DNA from: Pecten maximus
Lineage: Eukaryota
Reading direction: 5' to 3'
NCBI RefSeq assembly: GCF_902652985.1
Contig: NC_047023.1
Coordinates: 24,614,001 to 24,678,000 of the forward strand
DNA length: 64,000 nt
Below are positions 48,821 through 63,376 of this stretch, in pieces. The position numbers and the translations under genes were made by a program. The notes below the pieces were generated by a model that was not told the origin of the DNA, did not search any database, and was given only the letters and a program-made list of their open reading frames with translations. Every line of letters starts with the position of its first letter. Position 1 is the first letter of the stretch.

Positions 48821-50595
48821 GTCCTTGAGACATCAGTGTATAACAAGAAATATCTTTAAAAAGATAAACTTCATAGTTTGAATGCTGGTGGTTATAATAT
48901 AAAACTGCTGGTGAAATAAATGAACGAACTAATGTGTTTCCGCACAGATAACAAAGTTATATCAGTTTGAATCATTTTTGGTGATAATAAGGCTGCATTT
49001 GAATTAGGAATATAATTTTATTAGTGTGTCATTTGAAAAGATACATCCACTTATTCAGATTGCATTCAATCTTAACTTTGTTTCGTTTTTAACTGCATAT
49101 CTGCATTTTGCATTGACCGCTACATTGACCAATCACATATTTCATCTTGACCAGTAACGCCACCTGTCGCGTCATATCCGGACAAAAAGAATATTATACG
49201 GGTATGCCGAAAAATAACTCGGCGCATTTATATTTATAGCGAGAATTGTCACGGAGCCGAGAACGAGGCTATACCAACGTGCACTGCACATAAACTACAC
49301 ACATGGCCATTGTTTACATATCGAGCATACGTGAACTTTGTCTAAGAATGCTTTCATTTAAACATATTAACAGAATATTCGCGTAATACCCAGGTAACTG
49401 AACAAAATAAACAAACATAGTTTACATTTAAATACTTAATTTTAAAATGTAGCAATATGCATACAACAAAACATCGATAAAATCTTAAATCGGTGAAGTT
49501 GACAATGTCCAAAAGCTAACCAGCAATCCAATAGACGTCCGGAAAAATCTGAATTCGAGTCTATTCCTTTTTTTCTTCTCTCGTTATAAGTTCCAACGAA
49601 TCATTTCCTTTCCTAAGGAAATACTCGGATTTTGCCGATTCCACACACTTTCTGGCAGAATCTGTCTGTGTTTCCGCAGTTCCACGCTTGCGCCGGCGTT
49701 CCGCCATTTTTTATGAACTGTGAAACCCGCCGTTGCATTGTGGGACTAATTTTCAGAGAAACTTGGTCCGGCAGCCACAGTTATTATTTTTGGGAATTCC
49801 CCGCATACTTTCATAAATACACATTTTCTTTCTGTTTCTGATTCACGATAATCTGTCAGGTATGTATCAAGTCCGAAAACTGTAAAAAGCTCAAAATGTA
49901 AACATTGATACATGTATATGTTTCTTCGTGAGTATGTGGCTTTAAAGATGACCAGCCCATGGTCCTGGAGTAGGCTTTTATCTGCCAATATGCTTATCAA
50001 CTTCTTGGACTGCAGGCATGTTATCATTTTTTTAATTGAACCGAAGTCATATTCGTTTATGCGGAAAACCCTATTCGTCACTTTTTGAAGTGTAACCTTT
50101 CAGGGATATACGTGGTGTGGAAGCCTTTGTCAAGGCTCGTCTGAAATAACATAAACTCACTAGGTCCCTCCTGATCTCATCAACACAAATGTAAATTCAC
50201 AAGACATCAGAAATGACCAGGACATCCTGGTCCACTGAATAAGCATAAGGATGACATAAAAACGACACGAGTTATCCTTCTTCTGCTAGCGTAGAGTTTA
50301 AATCTTTATTGAAAAGTCAACCCCAATCTAAAACATTGTCTTTTTCATCGTCACTTCAACTGTGAAAAAAAATTAAACCAACTTTGAATGTTGATTTTTT
50401 TCTATCGTTAAACAAGTTAAGAACTCCTCTAAGATCTGCAACGCTATTATATCCAACTGTATTTTAAAACATGTTGATAGTAAATTAGTTTATATTATGT
50501 AGCCACCTACATACATATTTTTATATTTTTTAGGATGCGTTCAATAGTTCAACGCAAATTACATTCCAAATCGGCGATGGGTCAATAATGGTTGC

Positions 50596-51198
50596 GTTCA
50601 TTACGAGGGCTATCTTAGTATCGTGTATGTCCTCCATCCATTACGAGGGCTGTCTTAGTATCGTGTATGTCCTCCATCCATTACGAGGGCTGTCTTAGTA
50701 TCGTGTATGTCCTCCATCCATTACGAGGGCTATCTTAGTATCGTGTATATCCTCCGTTCATTACCAGGGCTATCTTAGTATCGTGTATGTCCTCCGTCCA
50801 TTACGAGGGCTGTCTTAGTATCGTGTATGTCCTCCGTCCATTACGAGGGCTATCTTAGTATCGTGTATGTCCTCCGTTCATTACGAGGGCTATCTTAGTA
50901 TCGTGTATGTCCTCCGTCCATTACGAGGGCTATCTTAGTATCGTGTATGTCCTCCGTCCATTACGAGGGCTATCTTAGTATCGTGTATGTCCTCCGTCCA
51001 TTACGAGGGCTATCTTAGTATCGTGTATGTCCTCCGTCCATTACGAGGGCTGTCTTAGTATCGTGTATGTCCTCCGTCCATTACGAGGGCTATCTTAGTA
51101 TCGTGTATGTCCTCCGTCCATTACGAGGGCTATCTTAGTATCGTGTATGTCCTCCGTCCATTACGAGGGCTATCTTAGTATCGTGTATGTCCTCCGTT
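50596..51198. repeat. 40-bp minisatellite, 15 copies, derived from a Tc1 transposase 3' end
   Basis: Unit CATTACGAGGGCTATCTTAGTATCGTGTATGTCCTCCGTC; the minus strand encodes GGHTRY*. Confidence 0.95.
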
Positions 51199-51655
51199 CG
51201 CGTTGATCACAGCGTTGATTCTCTTCCTCATGGACCTTTTGGTCCGTTGGATGATGTTCCTTGGAATGTTCCGCCACTCATCGTGGAGAGCCCTTTCCAG
51301 TTCTGCAGGTGTTCTCGGTGGGTTTTGACGATGACGTACACGGCGGTTTAAGTTATCCCAGATGTGTTATTGGGTTTAATTTCAGGGATTTCAATGGTCA
51401 CGGCAACACATTAATGTTATTGGTTCTGAGAAAGTTCTGTGTTACTCGCGCAGTGTGTGGGGGTAGCATTGTCTTGCAGTCACGTCAAATTAAACCATGA
51501 CGTGTGAAATATGGTATAACCTCTTGGTTCAGCACCTCATCACATTACCTTGCTACAGTTAGATTTCCTCGAATTGTTATCAGACCTGTTTTGTCGTTGT
51601 GTCTGAGGCCTCCCCAAGCCATAGCATTTCCCCTTCCCCAACGGTAGAACTGCTG
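51175..51655 (-). pseudogene. Decayed Tc1 transposase, C-terminal half
   Basis: AMAWGGL..RGNLT, QDNA.PHTAR, LNPI.HL, SMRKRINAVINANGGHTRY*, with stops and frameshifts. Confidence 0.88.
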
Positions 51656-52453
51656 AAAAAAATCTAAATCATTTTCGTGGTTTTTTTGTTGATAATCATC
51701 TTATAAACGTAATACAAGTATCTTTTTTTTCATTTTGGACAAAACTACATTTTTTTCATATGTATACTTACTTTTGTACCTCCGTATATATTAAACACAA
51801 ATGCAGTTTATAAAAAGGTCCAACTAACAGGAAACTATAAACTATCTACCATATGTATGTCCGTCCGTGAACTCGTTTTCGGAGCATAGCTTGTACGTCT
51901 CGTAGATTACTGTGAACTTTTTATTCAGAGAAACTTGACCTTCATAAACTTGTCGTTTTTTTCACCTCCATCAGACGAAACTTTTCAACGTTGTGTGCAT
52001 CACATAGTTTACGACTTTAAAGATGTTTGTGTTGGAACACATTAAGAAGAGAATTTGTTACTTTAAGGGGCAAATTATAATGATCTATATTTTGACCCTT
52101 GACCTTCATTCTTCCAGAATTAAGTTAACTTTAATTCTATGGACTTTGGCGTTTGAGTCCATCCTCGTTTGGACTGAAGCTCAACAGTCGTACCAAAGCA
52201 TTGAATTACCACTTAGTAAGTAAACTGGACAGGAACCAGTAGCTTGAGAGAAGAAAAAGCAAAACTCTAAACGAGATCAGTACATGTACAAAAAATATAG
52301 CGGCCACGTATTGTCTCCAACTAGAGGTCACAGAAACATATTCTCAACTCTGCAGAGGGTCTCAAATTAGTTGCCTCCGACGTGGGTAACAACAGGGATT
52401 AACATTGTATTGTCTTGCCGTTGCCACAATCGGTATGAGTCCACCATCTGGGA

Positions 52454-52680
52454 GGGACCGCGATGGTCAAGTGGTTAAGGTGTCACCCTTTATCACTAGC
52501 CCTCCACCTCTGGGTTGCGAGTTCGAAACCCACGTGAGGCAGTTGCATAGTACTGACCGTAGGCCGGTGTTTTTTCTCCGGATACTCCGGCTTTCCTCCA
52601 CCTGCAAAACCCAACACTTCCTTAGATAACCCTGGCTGTTAATGGGACGTTAAATTTAATAAATCAAACCAAACCAAACC
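52454..52680 (+). mobile_element. Full-length tRNA-derived SINE with a V-domain-like core
   Basis: A box TGGTCAAGTGG, B box GAGTTCGAAACC, core TTTTCTCCGGATACTCCGGCTTTCCTCCACC, (AAACC)n tail. Confidence 0.85.
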
Positions 52681-55600
52681 GACATCTTGGAATTCACATT
52701 AGTCGCCTCCGACGTGGATTGCAGAAGTTATGTCCATTGTTGTGTCATTCTGGTACAATATTCGGTCTTCTGTCTTCAGTCAGTCACTGTCAACTGCGAT
52801 TAAAAATGGAGAATATCATTAAGGACAGTAATGTTTCGGATATGTCTGACGCATTTTCATCTTTTAATCGGCAAGTCTCAAAATTGCATGGAAGCTATTT
52901 TGTTCTTGTAGTTCTGCAAGTAAACAACGAACTAACCTATCAAATGTGAGAAACATACCTCTACAAATTGAATTTAAAAATGTTAAATCCAGGAGGATAA
53001 ACCAGTCTTAAATCTGAATGTGTATAAACATATTAGCATCAATAAAAAAAAGGTCGGAAAAAAAATCAAAATGTCCAAATCCAAGATGGCCAATATGAAC
53101 TAACCAGATGCAGATGCCTGTGATCCGATCAATAGGCCTTCACATACTGGTAAAAGCTGAGAGATAAGATGGAGGACTTAACGAGAAATAGCCATAACAA
53201 ACAGCCAAAATCAAACATGGCCATCTGTCGAACGAATTGTTTATCTGACCAATCTTAAAACTGAACCTTCATATAAATTTTGAGAAAGCGATAACAAGAA
53301 GGGCGATTTAAACAGCCCCACGTTTGATGCCAAATCTTTAAACTATGTATGCTTATAAAAAGTATACAGTGCAACCATTAGAAATGAGTTTTCGAAGCGA
53401 ATGTGACATCAATTCAGTTTTTTTTGTATACAATTTACTTCTCATCCAAGAAGAGCCATGCCAGTTCTTTATACATCAAGTTCCATTTGCAAATGGATTT
53501 TAGACATAACATCTCTTTACAATTTCTGGAGTGTAGAAAGGAAATCCCAAACGGATCTGGGCGCCCAACAGTATATATGTTGAATGGGTGGATGTAAGTT
53601 TAACATTTCTGTACTTTTCTCCTCTTTACTCCCAATACTTATCTAGCTGTTCTGACGTCATTTGATATGAAATATGATCTGATACATGTATTTGCAGAAA
53701 AAAAGTTTTTATCACGATAATCAACTTTAACTGTCAAAATCCAAGATGACACCCTGTTTCCCATTTTGTTTTTTCCCATCAGTCTCTAAATCGATCACGC
53801 ACAACTAGGGTACCAGGAGAATCTAGAAATGAAGTATGATAATTATTATTCCACTACTTTTTGGGAAAAAGCGATGACAACTTCAACTGTCTCAATAGTA
53901 GACGTCTCTCAGCATTTTTTTCCCATAAAAGTCTCAAAATCAAGGAATCAAGGGTTTGAGTGGATATGACATCAAAATTCTATACAAACTTTTAGTCAAA
54001 ATCGAAGATGGCCATCAATCGGCCATTTTTTAACCAGGCTATAAATGAAACGGGTGCATGTGGGGTTCGGGGAAAGCTAGATATAATGCTTGAGAAATAT
54101 TTCTCCATTACTTCTCAAGAAACAAGAGGCCTGTATTGCTCACATGGTTGTTTCAGAGATTGTGGCAAAACATTTTTCTTTAATATTTAGCTTTATGGTT
54201 CCAAAGATGATTAAATGCAATTAAGTTGAAAAGCATTCAGTATTGATAACCAATTTTGACTTCCTTTATTAGATTTAGATTAGATTTTATTACATTTAAA
54301 GATGAACCATATCCAGTTCAATGTCCTCAATTTTTTATTCTAACAGAAAAAAAAAAATTAAAGTTTCCTCTTTAGCCCCTATGGTCAGCCCCGTCATTGG
54401 ACAACTTTGAATCCCCCACAACATAGGGATGCTTCCAGTTAAATATGAGCAATACCAGTACATAGTTCTAGAGCAGTTATTAATAGTAACAAAGGCAACA
54501 GACAGCCATCTGTTGACATCCGACCAAATATCTCAGTAAATCCCTAACTCTATGACCCTGGATAAAGAGGCTATTTTTGGCCATACCCAGCAAACCATAT
54601 CACCTAATTCCCCACTCTTTTTTTAATCGCTTCGTCCATATGGAAGGATATTTAAATGAAAGAGAGACGATGGATCTTGTCCAATGGTATGATATGGCAA
54701 AATTCAAGTTCTGAACGGCTGAGAAAATGAGAGAGAAACAAGTTCTATATTCACTGAATCAATTTTGCTTCTTTATTCAATGATACATGTGTACAGTTTC
54801 ATATAAAGCATACTTTGTCAAAAGCATGCTAGCTGATATATTCTCAAGAAATCTCATATCACAGTTATGTAAAATATTTAGAATTAACGAATCAATGAAA
54901 CAAAATCAACCATATACCTAGATTGTGAACCCTTTCAGTATATTTTGTACGAGATCACACAGGCATGGCACCAATGCTTCATACCAAAATAATATTTTTG
55001 TGGCAATACTATCCAAGTTTTACTCCTGTGGGGGACACTGCTATGTCTGTGGACAGGACAGACTCGCCACTACATGCTCCTACACTGGAGTAGGAATTTG
55101 ATCAGGACAAATGGGCTAATAATCACACTGTTTAAAAACACAATGTTGAATATTTAGACAAAATGAATATTTGAGTATGTCTTGTACATACAGACTGCTT
55201 CATGGAAGTGAGGATAACAGTTTAAGGGAATGTAAGGCATAAATTAAAATATAGGGGCATGTCATGTATGTGTGTAACCTTGCATCAGGTATGTGGTTAA
55301 GGTTAAGTTTAACGTCCCATCAACATCTAAGTTCATTTAAAGATGGTAGGTATGTGGGAACTACAACATGTATATACATACGAAGACCTGACATTATTTT
55401 TCCCTATTTCTACTTGAAATCTGAAGGGTAATTTAATGTATTCAATGTATGTCAAATAAACATGCAAACACAAGAGTCTAAAGTAACTATGGGCAATCAA
55501 AACCATTCAAAGTGAAAGACCTTTCTTTATCTTGCAAAATTGTTTTGCAGGAGAAAATCATAATGAAAGCAGGAAATATTTGCATAATGTTGGAGAAATA

Positions 55601-57602
55601 GAATATTTGCCACGTTGTTCTATTAACTATTTTTCTTCTGCAACATATGTATTTCTTTTCTATTAAGCATATTTGCAGACCAGTAATCCTATTATATATA
55701 TGTACTACGTATATATATCTTGTTTCAGCTTCTTGTTGCTTTAATTTACCGGACATTCTCTGTGTGTACACATTTCCAATAGCTCAATACTTTTAAACTG
55801 ATGATTTTTTAACTACATTATAGTGTAATAAGATTTCTTGTAATAACTTCAGCAAGTCTACATATAAACGTATTTCTTTTTTTTCTGACAATGAGTCTAC
55901 ATAATTCGAAGGTCACAGCACACCAATTGCATATGGAATATGCATCATCATGCAGCTGGGCATTAAAAAGTTAACACTCAAATTATTACAGTTCAGTGTA
56001 ATTATCACTTTCCTCTAATTATTTTTGCAAAATATATATGTACTGTTTTATTTAATCAAGTATATTTTCAGACCAGTAATCTCAAAGTACTAGTAAATTA
56101 AGCATGTTTCTCTAATGATCTACTATAGTAATGACTCTGGTGATATGCTTTCGATAGCTTTGGAATGATTTTTTTAGATATGGCATATTTTGGCATTACC
56201 ATGTATATTTCAATAAACATGGTGTTCTGAAGAATACATGTTTCCAAGAATACTGCACTATAAAAATAGAACTGAGTTTTTGATAAAGGGGCGTTAACTC
56301 TTCCCTGAAACCAATAACATCGGTGGCAAGACCTATTACTACGTATAAAACACTTTCTGTCTTTTCAACATTTCAATAAGTACATGCAACAGAACTTATG
56401 AGAGAACCAAATATTCTATCATTAATATATAACTCTGGTGTACATTGATGTCCAATAATCATAAAAACAGAGGCATCTTTTCTCAGTTTAGATATCACTG
56501 AAGTAAAATATCCTACATATTGATGTCAAAACAAAATACGAATTCTACAAATACATCCGAAACGGGGATAAAATTTGGTATAATTACCAATACAAACACA
56601 ACCTGTAAGAAGACTGGCAGAAAGTTATTGCCTTTACCCTTAAAATAGCTCAAGAATCAACAAAATGTAGAAATATATGTGGTTTGTTATAGTACCATGT
56701 TTACTTATATCATTAATTACTACCAGACATGAAATATTTTCTATCAGATAAATATGTAGTATATTTCCTACACTTGTTAATGGAATCTGCTGCAGATTGG
56801 AGAAACTAGTGTCAAATAAGGGTAAATTATCATTCTTTCCAAAATCAGGCATGTAGTAATGTACTTTATGGCACAAGTCTCAAAAGAAAACAGACTGAAA
56901 ACCTTAAAACAAACCAAAACAACAAAATCTTGAAGGATATTTTTGACAACTTTACTTTATATTTTGAGATTTCAAGGAAAGATTCCTTCTTAGCTAGGTC
57001 AAGAGCTGTTGTGTGCAGCTTTGTGTGTCATACAGTACATTTATTCTAATGAAGCAAACTGAATTTGTTTACCTATCAATCAATTTCCTCCAAACAATTA
57101 TATCCGTGTATGTTTGGTTGCACTAGTGACCAACTACCTCAACTCCTATTTGATTAATGATGAAAAAATTTGTCTGTGTAATAACAAAACAAATACTTCT
57201 GTAATCTTCAGTGAGTAGTCTATACAAAAAATGTCCCAACTGAAATATTTGCTGGTTGATACTTATACTTTTATGAGATTGGACATTGAAACAGACAATA
57301 GATTTTAAGAGTAACCTGTATGCCCGGTTTTTTTTTTTATAGATTTTCAGCATATGCTGGTTCAATATATATGTGTATCATATTGTTTTTGGAAGAATAA
57401 CTTTCAATTTCTTTCAACTTAAAACACAAAACATGTTATAGTTTTAGGTGGTTTTGGTTACTTTGGTCAGAGATTGGGATCACTAGACAAATAGATAGGG
57501 CAGTACTTTTCAAGGTATGCTGGTGTCACTAGAGGGTACGTCAGTCTGTCCGATTCCAAGACAAATTTGACAATCGAAAACATTATACCATTATATAGGC
57601 CA

Positions 57603-58393
57603 TTGTGTCCTGGTTAAACAGTCACAGTATTGTGGACGGTGTATCCTGGTTACACAGTCACAGTATTGTGGACGGTGTATCCTGGTTACACAGTCACAGT
57701 ATTGTGGACGGTGTATCCTGGTTACACAGTCACAGTATTGTGGACGGTGTATCCTGGTTACACAGACACAGTATTGTGGACAATGTATCCTGGTTACACA
57801 GTCACAGTATTGTGGACAGTGTATCCTGGTTACAGTCACAGTATTGTGGACAGTGTATCCTGGTTACACAGACAAAGTATTGTGGACGGTGTATCCTGGT
57901 TACAGTCACAGTATTGTGGACAGTGTATCCTGGTTACAGTCACAGTATTGTGGACGATGTATCCTGGTTACACAGACAAAGTATTGTGGACGGTGTATCC
58001 TGGTTACACAGACACAGTATTGTGGACAATGTATCCTGGTTACACAGTCACAGTGTTGTGGACGGTGTATCCTGGTTACAGTCACAGTATTGTGGACAGT
58101 GTATCCTGGTTACAGTCACAGTATTGTGTACGGTGTATCCTGGTTAAACAGTCACAGTATTGTGAACGGTGTATCCTGGTTACAGTCACAGTATTGTGGG
58201 CGGTGTATCCTGGTTACAGTCACAGTATTGTGGACGATGTATCCTGGTTACACAGACAAAGTATTGTGGACGGTGTATCCTGGTTACAGTCACAGTATTG
58301 TGGACGGTGTATCCTGGTTACACAGTCAACAGTATTGTGGACGATGTATCCTGGTTACAGTCACAGTATTGTGGACGGTGTATCCTGGTTACA
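57603..58393. repeat. 34/36-bp minisatellite, ~22 copies
   Basis: GTATTGTGGACGGTGTATCCTGGTTA(CA)CAGTCACA repeated. Confidence 0.95.
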
Positions 58394-59138
58394 CTTTCAT
58401 AGTTTTTTTGACTGACCAATCAAATATGGTACATCCTATTTCAAATAATAAAGAAATTAAAGGTGACAGGAGAATTTCATATTGCAAAGAAAGTATATTG
58501 CTTTGGAATTAAATTCATATTAGCTCTTGAACCAGAATGGTTAACTTTTGCTCCAGTTAATTAAAGGCCCTTGTCAAACTTGTTTTCTACTGAAGTTAGT
58601 AACTAATGTATTCAAAATGACCATGCAATTGCATTTATAATTATATAATGTGTAATAATAGAATGATAGAAAAAATCACAGATAAGGTACCAATGCTCAG
58701 ATACTGTCTCCATATATAATAATAAATCTTATTTTGTTGCTTACATTGCAAAGTACAATGTACAAAGTGTATATTCTATTCAATAAATTCATAGTTTTAA
58801 GATCAAATTATTCAGTTTTAACAGAATAGACATCATGCCTTTTCCTTTATTATCAGACAGATCAGCATGTTTATTTTATTCATCAAATATATATATATAT
58901 ATCTTTAATAGTGTTCAATCTCTAATTAATGACATTGTTTTGTTTTGCAGAATACATAGAACACTGACCTATCAGTAGTACAAGAGCCTGCCCGAGTTCC
59001 CTTTATACCTCACACACATGATCATATATATAGAACCCTAATTACATTGTTAGTAACAGAAATGCATGACCTAAGGAACAGTTATTGCACATCTTTATAT
59101 CTTTGTAACAGGACATGACATCACAAATGAATTAAGTG

Positions 59139-59860
59139 TCAGACTTCCAGAAAATCTGCAGACAGTACGGAGAGACCAGAAAGACAAAAATTGTAGACTT
59201 CCAGACAATCTTCAGACACAATGGACAGACCAGGCAAAGTTCTAGACTCCCAGACAATCTCCAGACACAATGGACAGACCAGACAAAGTTCTAGACTTCC
59301 AGACAATCTCCAGACAGTATGGACAGACCAGACAAAGTTCTAGACTTCCAAAATATCTCCAGAAAATATTGACAGACAATGTTTCAGACTTTCAGATAAT
59401 CTCCAGGCAGATAAAGTTTCAGACTTTCAGGCAATCTTCACACAGTGTGGACAGACAGATAAGTTTCAGACTTTCTTCAGGCAGATAAAGTTTCAGACTT
59501 TCCTACAATCTCCATATCGTATGGTCAGACAGATAAAAGTTTCAGACTTTCTGACAATCTCCATACAGTATGGACAGATTGATAAAGTTTCAGACTTTCT
59601 GACAATCTCCATACAGTATGGACAGACAGATAAAGTTTCAGACTTTCCGACAATCTCCATATAGTATGGTCAGACAGATAAAAGTTTCAGACTTTCCTAC
59701 AATCTCCATACAGTGTTGACAGATAGATAAAGTTTCAGACTTTCAGACAATCTCTGGACAGTATGGACAGACACACAATCTCTGGACAGTGTATGGACAG
59801 ACAGATTAAGTTCAGACTTTCCGACAACCTCCAGACACAGTATGGACAGACAAACTGGAC
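59139..59860. repeat. Degenerate ~45-50 bp tandem repeat (CAGACTTTCCGACAATCTCCAGACAGTATGGACAGACAGATAAAGTTT-like)
   Basis: About 14 diverged units. Confidence 0.85.
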
Positions 59861-62051
59861 TGACAGACATTATGCAGTGATTTTCTTAACATTAAACACA
59901 AATGAATCAGCCATCGTTCCATCTTTGAAAATATTTTCCTTATAAACTGTATTGATATCACCACATATGTATACATTCATTCCAGTTGATTTCTCATCCT
60001 ATCAGTAGGACATTCAAGTGATCATCAAATAAAAACTTCCTATCAACTGAATAACTGGAAAGATTAAGAAATCATCTAACAAAACAAAGTCCTATACCAG
60101 TGTACTTAGTTATGACAATGAGCTCACAATTATTAGGGAATCCTATACAGACCGAAATGATCAAGAAAACATATAAGGGAACAGACATCTGTATTTGGTA
60201 TGTATGTGTGCAAACAGTTGTAATTCAGCTCATAATTATATCAAAAAACAAATACATACATACACACATTTTGATGTACATCAAAATGTGTATATATATG
60301 TAAACTTAAATGTGTCATTATTATACAATAATCAAGCATTCTGTGCAAATCTACAAAACATGTTTGTGTGAATCTCGTATTCTCTTGATCTGGTTAGTCG
60401 CTAGGGTAGGTTTATCATAACTTCAGCATGTCCTTTAAAACCTGGACCCAAACTAGGATTAATCCTAGAAATATTAAAATCTGTTTAGCAAGAGGGTGGA
60501 GTGTATAATCCAAGCAGTTGCATGTGAAGACAATTGTGCAAAGCTTTATTATCACCCAATCCATCATGTAGCTCAACAGAACTACTTGGTTATAACTGGT
60601 GAATATATACCTAACATATGTGTGGAGTATCCAGACACGTACATTGTATATTAACATGTCAGCTGTGTATCAATTTTTAAATGCAAGATAAAAATGTACA
60701 ATTTAAATTTGAATACCAACTTTTAGCTTTTATTCAACTCATTATCCAGTTCTATACAAAAAGCTATATCTTTAATGAGTTTGTAATTTTGCCAATAATT
60801 ACTAGTTTTCAGGTTTTTTTCTAAAGATCATTAATATCACTATATGTATAGTCTAGATATCAGTAAGTTTCAAAATCATATTACAAATATGTTAATAAGT
60901 TCACCATTATTAAACCAACATTTTCCTATCTGCATCTTAATGAAATAATTATATATAAGAGGCATATATAAATATTCATATATGGACAAGGATTTTAAGC
61001 ATGATTGCTTATCAAAAATTCACATGCATAATAGTTTGTGTAATGACTTCAAATTGATCTTTAACAAGCATGCTAACACCTTTTATAAGGTGGTACAGGT
61101 ATACTGCATTGTGACTAAATGGCAGCTGTGTTGTTTGATTTCATTCTAATACCCTGGTATATATTTATAGAGTTTTTGAGAATTAATGCAATCACTTTCA
61201 GATTTAAAACTGTCTTTGCACTTTTCATATTTGCTATATAAATTATCAAACTTCTCTGCATTAACAAACAATAATCACAGATCTCTTGACATCATGAAAC
61301 TAAGCATAAATCTGACTTAGATCTATAGGTTTTTTCTGTTAGTAAGATATGGTTTCCATGAAGTGCATGCACTCTTTAATTAAAGTTGAAAAGATATCCC
61401 AACAAGCAAATCAAAATTAACATTCACAATATAATAAAGGACTGCTTCACAAAAGAGGCACCTACAGCATACACTGTCCTGTATGTACTTTACATATAAC
61501 AAATTTATTAAATTATCAAATATTTTCCATGGACAAATTGTAAGTACAGAATGCATATCAAATGCCCAAAATCATTTAACCCAAATTATTCTGAAAAAAT
61601 TATCTATATAGATGTTATAATTTCAGGTTTTCATAATCAGTAAATTAACAAAATATCAATTACTACATTATTATTAATTTTAAGTTGTGTCATTAATTTA
61701 CATACAAGGCATTTCTAAACAAACATTTTATTTGATTCTTATATTAATTATATAAAAGCGTGAAATGTAATGATTCCATATTTAATCAGTTGTTTGCACT
61801 ATGATATTGCATTCATGTAAATAATCCTGCTTTCAAATATTAACTATATATATACGTTTGACCGGAGGTGTAGCTTATATAGTTGCATGTCCTTTATAGC
61901 ACTCGCCGCACTGGAGACAATGCAACTCAGTACCTTTTTTGTGAAACATAATCCCAAATTGGTTATCAACCATCAACATTCATAAAACATGCATAAATAA
62001 TATATATCTATATATATTTTCATAACTAAACTTAAACAACACTCCACATCA

Positions 62052-63376
62052 TCAATGCATCTCGATGAAAGACTCCAACTTAAGGGGAATATGTCCTTTG
62101 TAAGGTATGCTACATTTCACAATCTTCCGAGCAGCTAAACATTGTAAAGTCAAGAAATTGAGAGGCGAAACTATGTCATTTATAGACATGCCGCGTATCA
62201 ACTGCATAGGTGTCTTTCTGTCCAGGTTACAGGCATCCAGATGCGCTCCTTTTCTCAACAAGGTGCGGATCACTTCGGACTTACATGGCCGATTACTGGC
62301 AGCAACATGCAATGGCGAGTTTCTTTCCACGTCCACAGCATCCACATTTGCACCAACCTCAATCAGTAGCTGTGAAACGTCGGAGCTAGGGAAAGAACAC
62401 ACAGGGTATCGCCCAACATTGGTTGTCTCCCTTGAGCAGGCCAAATGAAGAGGCGTGTAGCCTTTGGAGCCTCTGGGTTCCATACGTACTAGTCTGTATA
62501 CAAGTTCCTTGAATTTGTGTTCATCTTCACGATCCATTTCCTTCTTCAATCTACACATAAGACACAGAAGATGCATGATAATGACCAGCAGTCTGTTGAA
62601 GTGACTTGTATCTCTCTCGCTGACCGCGACCTTATTGAGCTGGTCTCGTCCCTTCTCTAGTTCATTGACAGCACGCAGCAGAACAGCCATGATGTCTACA
62701 AAACTGACAGGATGAGCTGGTCTGTTTCTCCACTCGGTGGTCATGAATGAGAAAAGTTCTGCAAAAGACAAGAAACTACTCTGTGTCATTGGACTGAGAG
62801 CTTCCAAGACATTCTGTTGCATGTCAAGAGCATACATCCACAACATTATGCACCGGTCAAAATTCCCCATATCTGCGTACAAGGCCCCTCTGTATCTGAT
62901 GTAGTAGGAAGTATCAGGGTGGGCAGGACCTAATATCCGTTCACGTACCAGTAAAGCTTGCATTCTCATGTCATCTGGATCTGATATCAGATCATCCAAT
63001 TGATCTAAAGACGTAACCTCTTTTGCATTTTCATATGCTGCTATATCAAATTTCAATCTAGGTTTTGGCAACGGAGCATTGGTGTCCGAGAAACGAACTT
63101 CCATAGCTTGTCTCCAAAACTCTATGGCACCCAACATGTCTCTCTTCTTATCAACATATGTAGCTCCTAGCAGTTCTAATGCATTTATTTTTTCTTGTTT
63201 ATCACATATAGGCCTGGTTATCAAAAACTCTACAATCTTTGAAAACCCTGCCACACTCGCTGCTAGCAGAGGCGTCATCCCATAGGCATCCTTCTCCATG
63301 GTAGCATTGTACTTGAGAAGTAATTTCATGATGTCAAGACTTCCAGACTCGGCACAGTCATGCAAAGCTGTATTAC
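62052..63376 (-). CDS. FEM1C: Protein fem-1 homolog (FEM1A/C-like CRL2 substrate receptor), last coding exon; upstream exon(s) lie outside the window
   Basis: TTCCAG acceptor then GNTALHDCAESGS ankyrin repeat; ALELLGAT, RERILGPAHPDTSYYIRYRGALYAD, VGRYPVCSFP, LQCLAA; ends FIEMH*. Confidence 0.93.

Noticed and set aside
48990-49990. Possible non-autonomous DNA transposon (also ~16780-17600, ~42500-43080 and ~52950-54650)
   Set aside because: Repeat-like composition, but I could not define termini or TSDs by eye
45193-51198. 35-56 bp repeat arrays as CRISPR-like loci
   Set aside because: Units are head-to-tail with no unique spacers, there are no cas genes, and the context is an intron-containing animal genome
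52454-52530. tRNA gene (also considered at ~2430-2510 and ~14590-14683)
   Set aside because: A and B boxes are present but no proper cloverleaf forms, and at 52.5 kb a SINE body and tail follow
57591-58512. Several repetitive ORFs of 77-261 aa
   Set aside because: Translations of the 34/36-bp minisatellite, open in several frames
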